Assembly: GCF_000143415.4 (NCBI RefSeq)
Contig: NW_003314267.1
Span: forward strand, 3,555,138 to 3,619,137
Direction: 5' to 3'
DNA: 64,000 nucleotides
Origin: Selaginella moellendorffii
Lineage: Eukaryota; Plantae; Lycopodiophyta
Every line of letters starts with the position of its first letter. Within the stretch, counting starts at the first letter, position 1. Position numbers and translations under genes: made by a program. Below are positions 58,820 through 64,000 of this stretch, piece after piece. The notes beneath the pieces are model-generated. The model ran no database searches, had not been told where the DNA came from, and saw only the letters and a program-made list of their open reading frames with translations.

Positions 58820-61353
58820 ATGGAGAACGATTTGAACGGAGGTAAGAGCGAAATGTGTGAAGCTATGGCGCATTCTTGTGACGCATTCCACTCGCAGATC
58901 CATCTCCCGCGCCTCGGGAATCTCCCGAGACGTTCCAATCGCTGCACGACGGCCACAATCCATCCGGCGGGCACGAAGGTGAGGACAAACGAATGGGCGC
59001 ATTCTTTCTCACGGATTTGGATGCGCAGCAGCCGAGCCTTTCGAATCGCTGCTGGACGGATTTTTGGACAAGAATCGATCCACGCTCGAAGGCATCGTGA
59101 GCGATCCTCCGATATTCTACCAGAAGTATCCCAATGTGGACGTGGAAGTGGCGTCCTTTAGCACTCCGGCCAAGGCGGTGCCCAGCCTTCTCCATCACAG
59201 GCTCGAGGATTCGAGAAACGATGGGACGCTGGCCACCGAGATCGTTGCTCGACTCCGAGAGGCTGCTACAAATCACTGCGTTTTCCTCGTCGGTGGAAAG
59301 GGGTGTGGAAAGACGAGAACTCTCTACGAAGTCCTGGCACAGAACTTTGGATTCTACTTCGTGGCCTCGCGGGTAGAGAACGGTGAATCCAAGGACTTCG
59401 CAGCGGTCGTAGAGACGCTCAAGCTTTGCTACCCGAGTCACAACAAGGCCACCGAGTTTATCCCCCGACGAGTTGGCATGGATGTGGCACTGTGTGCTTT
59501 GGTGGCGAGGTTGGCCATCTTTTCGAAGGTTCTGGAGATCAAGCCGGGGATCTCGCCGCTGGAGTGGTTGATTTGCCAGACTGAGTGCCGGCCTCGAGAC
59601 GTGTTCCGGGAGTTGACGCTGTTCGTGATCAAGCAAGAGTTGCCGAGCGCGTACCTGGAAGAGAAGTTCTCGGCTCTCGTCCAAGAAGCTTACGAGAGGA
59701 TCGATGGTGGTCTAGCAGGCAGCAGCGGGAAGCTGCTGTTTGTGGTGGACGAGGCACTGCCGCCGCTCAGGAACAGGTTTAGATCCGACATCCACCCGGC
59801 GAAGCTCAAGAGTTTGCTCTCGCAGGCCGTCAAGGCGTTTAGAACGCAGAAGAAGGTTCCAACAGCGTGCATTCTAGCTGGAACGGGGGGAGAACTTCTC
59901 GCGGAGGCTCAGGATATGGAATCGCCGGTTTGCAGCGGGGAGTCCGAGCAGCTCACGCAGGAAATAGTGGCTACTACCCAAACTTTTGAAGATTCCAGCA
60001 GCTTTGGAGCCTTCTCGGACTATGTGTCCAGCTTTTTGGGCCCCGGCGACTACAAAAGGCTGTTTTCCAAGTACTACCAGGCCCGTGCTGGCACAATCGC
60101 TAGTGCTCTGCACGCGTACATCAGCAGGCGTACCCCGAGAGAGAAGGCTTTGGAATTTCTGGAGGACTTCGCATTAACACTCGCGACCAAAGGTGGCAGC
60201 CAGCTAAATGCACCGAATTCTGTCCACGACACATTGATGATCCTGCGCTCGGACCGTTACCTGCGGAGTGTGCTCAGAGACATTACAGAGGCGTTCTACT
60301 TGGGTGGGAAAGGCTACTGTTTCACGCACAACTCGTCAATCAAGCTCGTCGACCTGGGGATCGGCGTGTTAAAGCTGGGATTTTGCGACTCCAATCCTCT
60401 CGAGGTGGCCACGAGAGAAGCTCCTATCAACAAGGACGCAGTCAAGTGGAACTATGCCGTGTGTGCGATGGTGACGGAGAGACTCGTCCAGACGGCACTG
60501 TGCTACATCTTTGTGCCGAAAGTGAGGGAGGAAATTTTCCACTGGTTGAAGGCCTGACAAGCGAGAGCGAACGTGTCTCCCACTTCGAAAAGTACTGCGC
60601 TGCGTACATCCTGGACCTGTTTAGCCGGGACGAGCCACTGGAGAAGCTGTTCGTCCAGGACAGGGAAAGAAGTGCACCACAAGGAAATGATGCTGCGGTG
60701 GAGCTGGAGCAGGAAACGAACGTTAATGCTGACTCTGTTGCTGTCAAGAAATANNNNNNNNNNNNNNNNNNNNNNNNNNNNNNNNNNNNNNNNNNNNNNN
60801 NNNNNNNNNNNNNNNNNNNNNNNNNNNNNNNNNNNNNNNNNNNNNNNNNNNNNGCGTGGAGCTTGTCAAGGCCAGAGTTAAGCTCCCAGCTCCACAGGCC
60901 GGCACCCCTCTAATGGTTCGACTGGGACAGAATTGGACGTTTGAGAGATGGCTTGGCCTGGGACGTGACAGGCCAACATTCCTACAGACTAAAACCGACA
61001 ACCAGTTTGGACCCGACTTCATAACAATCCTGGAAATGCCCAAGCTCAAGAAGGAGATCCTTCTCAACATACAAGTGCGGCAGGGAATGGCTGCGGACCG
61101 TTTGGATTCTCGGGAGTTCTTCGCGCACAACAAGCAGCGCCAGGTTCTCGAGAGGAACAGGGAAAACTCGAGCTTGCTGTCCAAGTGCTGGAGTTCCGGC
61201 TGGGTGGAACTTCGCTTATCTCCTTGCAAGAGGATACAGCACGACGACAGGCCTTTCCCGACGGACAAGCCTTGCATCCGCGCCTACATTGACAAGACCA
61301 ACCTCTACAAGATCTTTCCAAAGCTCCTTCAGCATCTCCGGCGAAAGTTATAG
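58820..61353 (+). pseudogene. Crinkler-like P-loop NTPase plus REase-like protein, with frameshifts and an assembly gap
   Basis: Walker A FLVGGKGCGKTRTLYE and Walker B LLFVVDEA. C-terminal NQFGPDFITIL..ILLNIQVR resembles PD-(D/E/Q)xK. Frame changes at ~59060 and ~60555. N-run at 60754-60853. Confidence 0.6.
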
Positions 61354-61412
61354 CAGTGAAAAACAAGCTCTTTCTATATATTTTCGACGGGAGTTTTCTC
61401 GGTGGCAACACT

Positions 61413-61951
61413 CTAGCAAAGGGAGGTCCCTTTGGTGCAGCGGCCGACGAACACTCCGTCCTGATACGGACCAGCGAAGTTGAGGTAAGCGATGAAGTTG
61501 ATCGGGCAAGTAGTGCTAAAGTCGTTCACTTGGGACTTGTATTTGCAGGCCAGGGACGTGAACGCCGGGCAGCAAGCCGAGGTCGGGAACGGTGCCTTGC
61601 AGACTCTGGTCACGGACGAGTAATCCACCTTGGAAAAGTCGGTTGAGCAGGCTGCATCACAAAGAATACAAGAGATCACAGGCAGAAAAAGAAGCTGGAA
61701 AGCCCCTGGAGGAGAAAAACAAGATCAAAGCTCTTACATTGTGAAGATTGGAGAAGTCGACGACCAAACTGTCCTGGATCTAATCCACCAGCAGCAGCAG
61801 CAGCAGCAGCTATAAGATTTACAAGCGCAAGAGATCGGTTTAGTACATGGATCAAAGCGAGCACAGTGGAAGGAAGGAAGAGAATGTAAGCACCATATCC
61901 AGCAGCTGCGAGAAATAGTAGAACAAGCAAGGAAGAAGAGCGCGCGCCCAT
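61413..61951 (-). CDS. LORELEI-like (LLG) 8-Cys protein, 3 exons
   Basis: Signal peptide, GRRLLQ motif, then CSTDFSKVDY..CKAP..CCPAF..ACKY...VND..TCP..FIAYLN..GPY..GVF..RC. Confidence 0.8.
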
Positions 61952-62221
61952 AGCTTCTTCTCGACCGACGACGTACACTTTACTTGAGAGGCAAAGGCTT
62001 TATAAAAACTGGCCGTCACGAGTGACGGGCGAGGGCACTCAAGACAGCGGCTCACGACAAGCGTGACGGGCATCGACGCGTCGGTGTGTTAAATGGTAGC
62101 GACATAAGGTAGCGCCCGTCAAGGTCGTCTGGCACATCGTACGGACGGACGCGCCCCTGGTTCGACTCTTCTCCACGCCATTTGGAGGAGGGCATATTCC
62201 ACAAGATGAGCTTGAGCTCTT

Positions 62222-63659
62222 ATGGCTCCTCACGCAGCGATCTTCTCCATGGATGGTCCCGGGCATTTAAATCCGATGCTGGAGCTCGCGGAGAGATTGC
62301 AGCAGCAGCATGGATTCGCCATCACAGTGCTCGCCTCGCCGCTGACAGACGCTGCCCCGCTCGCGCGAAAGCATCCCAGCGTGAAGTTCGTGACAGTTCC
62401 AGTTCCGGATGATCTCCTTCGCCTCGCCTGCATGGGTGATTTGTTCCGGATGGTGGATTCCATGCCAGGAGCAGTGGAAGAGGCCGTGCGCGAGCTGGAT
62501 CCTCCCGCGACGATGGTGATCGCGGATGGATTCGTGGGCTGGACGCAGGACGTTGCCGACAAGCTCGGGATCGCGAGAGTGTTCTTCTGGACGGCGTCGG
62601 CGGCGTGCGAGATCGTTTGCTCCAACATCCTGGAGCTCAAGTCTCGAGGCTATCTGCCAGTCAAGAGTAAGTTTGTCAAGGATGATCTTCTTTTAAAAGT
62701 TGATGAGCACTTCTTCTCCAGGAAACTTGGAAGACGAGAGTGTCATCGATTTCCTGCCGGGGCTGACTGGCATGACTCGAAAGGATTTGCCGCTGGCCTT
62801 CTATGACGACGACGTCTGCCTGGATTTCATTGGAAAAGCTTGCGCGAGGCGTCCAGAGGCGTTTTGCGTGCTCGCGAACACGTTCCAGGAGCTAGAACCA
62901 GTGGCCATCGCCGCGATGCGCGAGAGGATGAGGTACTTTGCGATTGGGCCACTGATCCCTCGGGCTCTTCTCCGCGAAGCGCAGCTCCCCAGGGAGGATT
63001 TGCGCGATCACGACGAGCATCTCGGCTGCATGGAGTGGCTGGATCGCCAGCTTCCGGCGTCGATCCTCTACATCGCGTTTGGGAGCGTCGCAGTGCTCTC
63101 CTTCCGCCAAGTGAAGGAGATTCTCGACGCGCTGCAAGCTTCCAATCAGGCGTTCTTGTGGAGCTTCCGGAAGAACTTTGTCGTGGATGTTCCGGACAAC
63201 GATCACAAGGCCCTGGACGAGCTTCTAGATCGAGCCAAGGCCATGGAATCCAGGCTCGTGTCGTGGGCTCCCCAGCTCCACGTCCTGCGGCACCCAGCGG
63301 TGGTGGGATTCGTGACCCACTGCGGCTGGAACTCGACCATGGAGGCGATCAGCTCCGGCGTTCCAATGCTCGCGTGGCCGCGCACGTCGGAGCAAAACAT
63401 GAACTCCAAGCGCATGGTCGAGGAGTGGAAGATCGCGCTGGGCGTGAACAACCATGGCCAGGACACGGACGATCCCCCGCGAGTGATCCAGTCCCGGGAG
63501 ATCGCGAGGCTGATCGAGGAGCTCAATGGGGAAGAGGGCAAATCGATGAAGGAGAATGTGTTGCGATTGAGAGACGCGCTCCGGGCGGCGCATGGACCCG
63601 GTGGATCGGCGTGCGAGAGCTTGCGCGAATTCGCAGAGTGTTTCGCGAAGAGCCGCTAG
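62222..63659 (+). CDS. UDP-glycosyltransferase (family 1), one intron 62667-62721
   Basis: N-terminal GPGHLNPMLELA and PSPG box WAPQLHVLRHPAVVGFVTHCGWNSTMEAISSGVPMLAWPRTSEQ. Confidence 0.95.
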
Positions 63660-63764
63660 TCTACGCTAGTCAAACGCTCAGTCAAACTCTTACTCAAAAC
63701 GCTTAGTCAAACGGTCAATGTTATTTAAACCTTCCTCGCAAGAGCCCTAAGTTGAGATTCGTCC

Positions 63765-64000
63765 ATGGCGGAACAGCACGCCGTGGTTGTGGCTTATCCA
63801 GGGCAAGGCCACATCAATCCGCTGATGCAGCTCTCCCTGCGCCTGGCGAGCTCCATGGGATTCTTCGTCACCTTCGTCACGACGAGGGGCAACCACGAGA
63901 GCATTCTAGCGGCGTGGGAACGGCAGGGCGTGGCGCCGCCGTGGGAGCGCGGCCTCTCCATCCAAATGCGCCCCATCCCCGACGATGTGCTCCCGCCGCG
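63765..64000 (+). CDS. Second UDP-glycosyltransferase, 5' part (runs off the window)
   Basis: MAEQHAVVVAYPGQGHINPLMQLSLRLA..FVTFVTT. Confidence 0.9.
   Translation, partial: MAEQHAVVVAYPGQGHINPLMQLSLRLASSMGFFVTFVTTRGNHESILAAWERQGVAPPWERGLSIQMRPIPDDVLPP

Noticed and set aside
60754-60853. Run of 100 N
   Set aside because: Assembly gap, not a biological feature. ORFs crossing it are unreliable.
62840-63706. Alternative-frame 288-aa ORF over the UGT, and similar ORFs over the F-box and NTPase genes
   Set aside because: Shadow ORFs caused by high GC content. The UGT frame carries the PSPG box.

Overview
Land-plant genomic DNA. The ~50-60-nt introns, GC-rich host genes and gene families suggest a Selaginella-like lycophyte; this is inference. 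Positions 1 to ~54,100 are a deeply nested transposon cluster. It contains several copies of one non-coding (LARD-like) LTR retroelement family (LTRs TGTGAGACAC...CTTACA, tRNA-Met PBS, GAGATGGAGTCC satellite inside the LTR), fragments of a second LTR family, a solo LTR, a MITE, and two large decayed DNA transposons. One DNA transposon has a Sola-like DDD transposase (3.3-15.8 kb). The other has a GCM-like/MULE-DDE/SWIM transposase (28.4-47.1 kb). Both carry, head-to-head with the transposase, a multi-exon cargo gene with a ParB/Srx-like motif followed by a beta-class (motif IV before motif I) N4/N6 DNA-methyltransferase-like domain. The Sola-like element is also studded with ~21 copies of a 24-bp palindrome, many of them in introns. 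This ParB-MTase cargo plus palindrome arrangement is the main candidate for an undescribed system. From 54.5 kb onward are host genes: two F-box/kelch-like paralogues, a CCCH/NUP42-like gene, a frameshifted Crinkler-like NTPase-REase gene, an LLG-like gene and two UDP-glycosyltransferases. All domain calls are by-eye motif recognition, not database searches.
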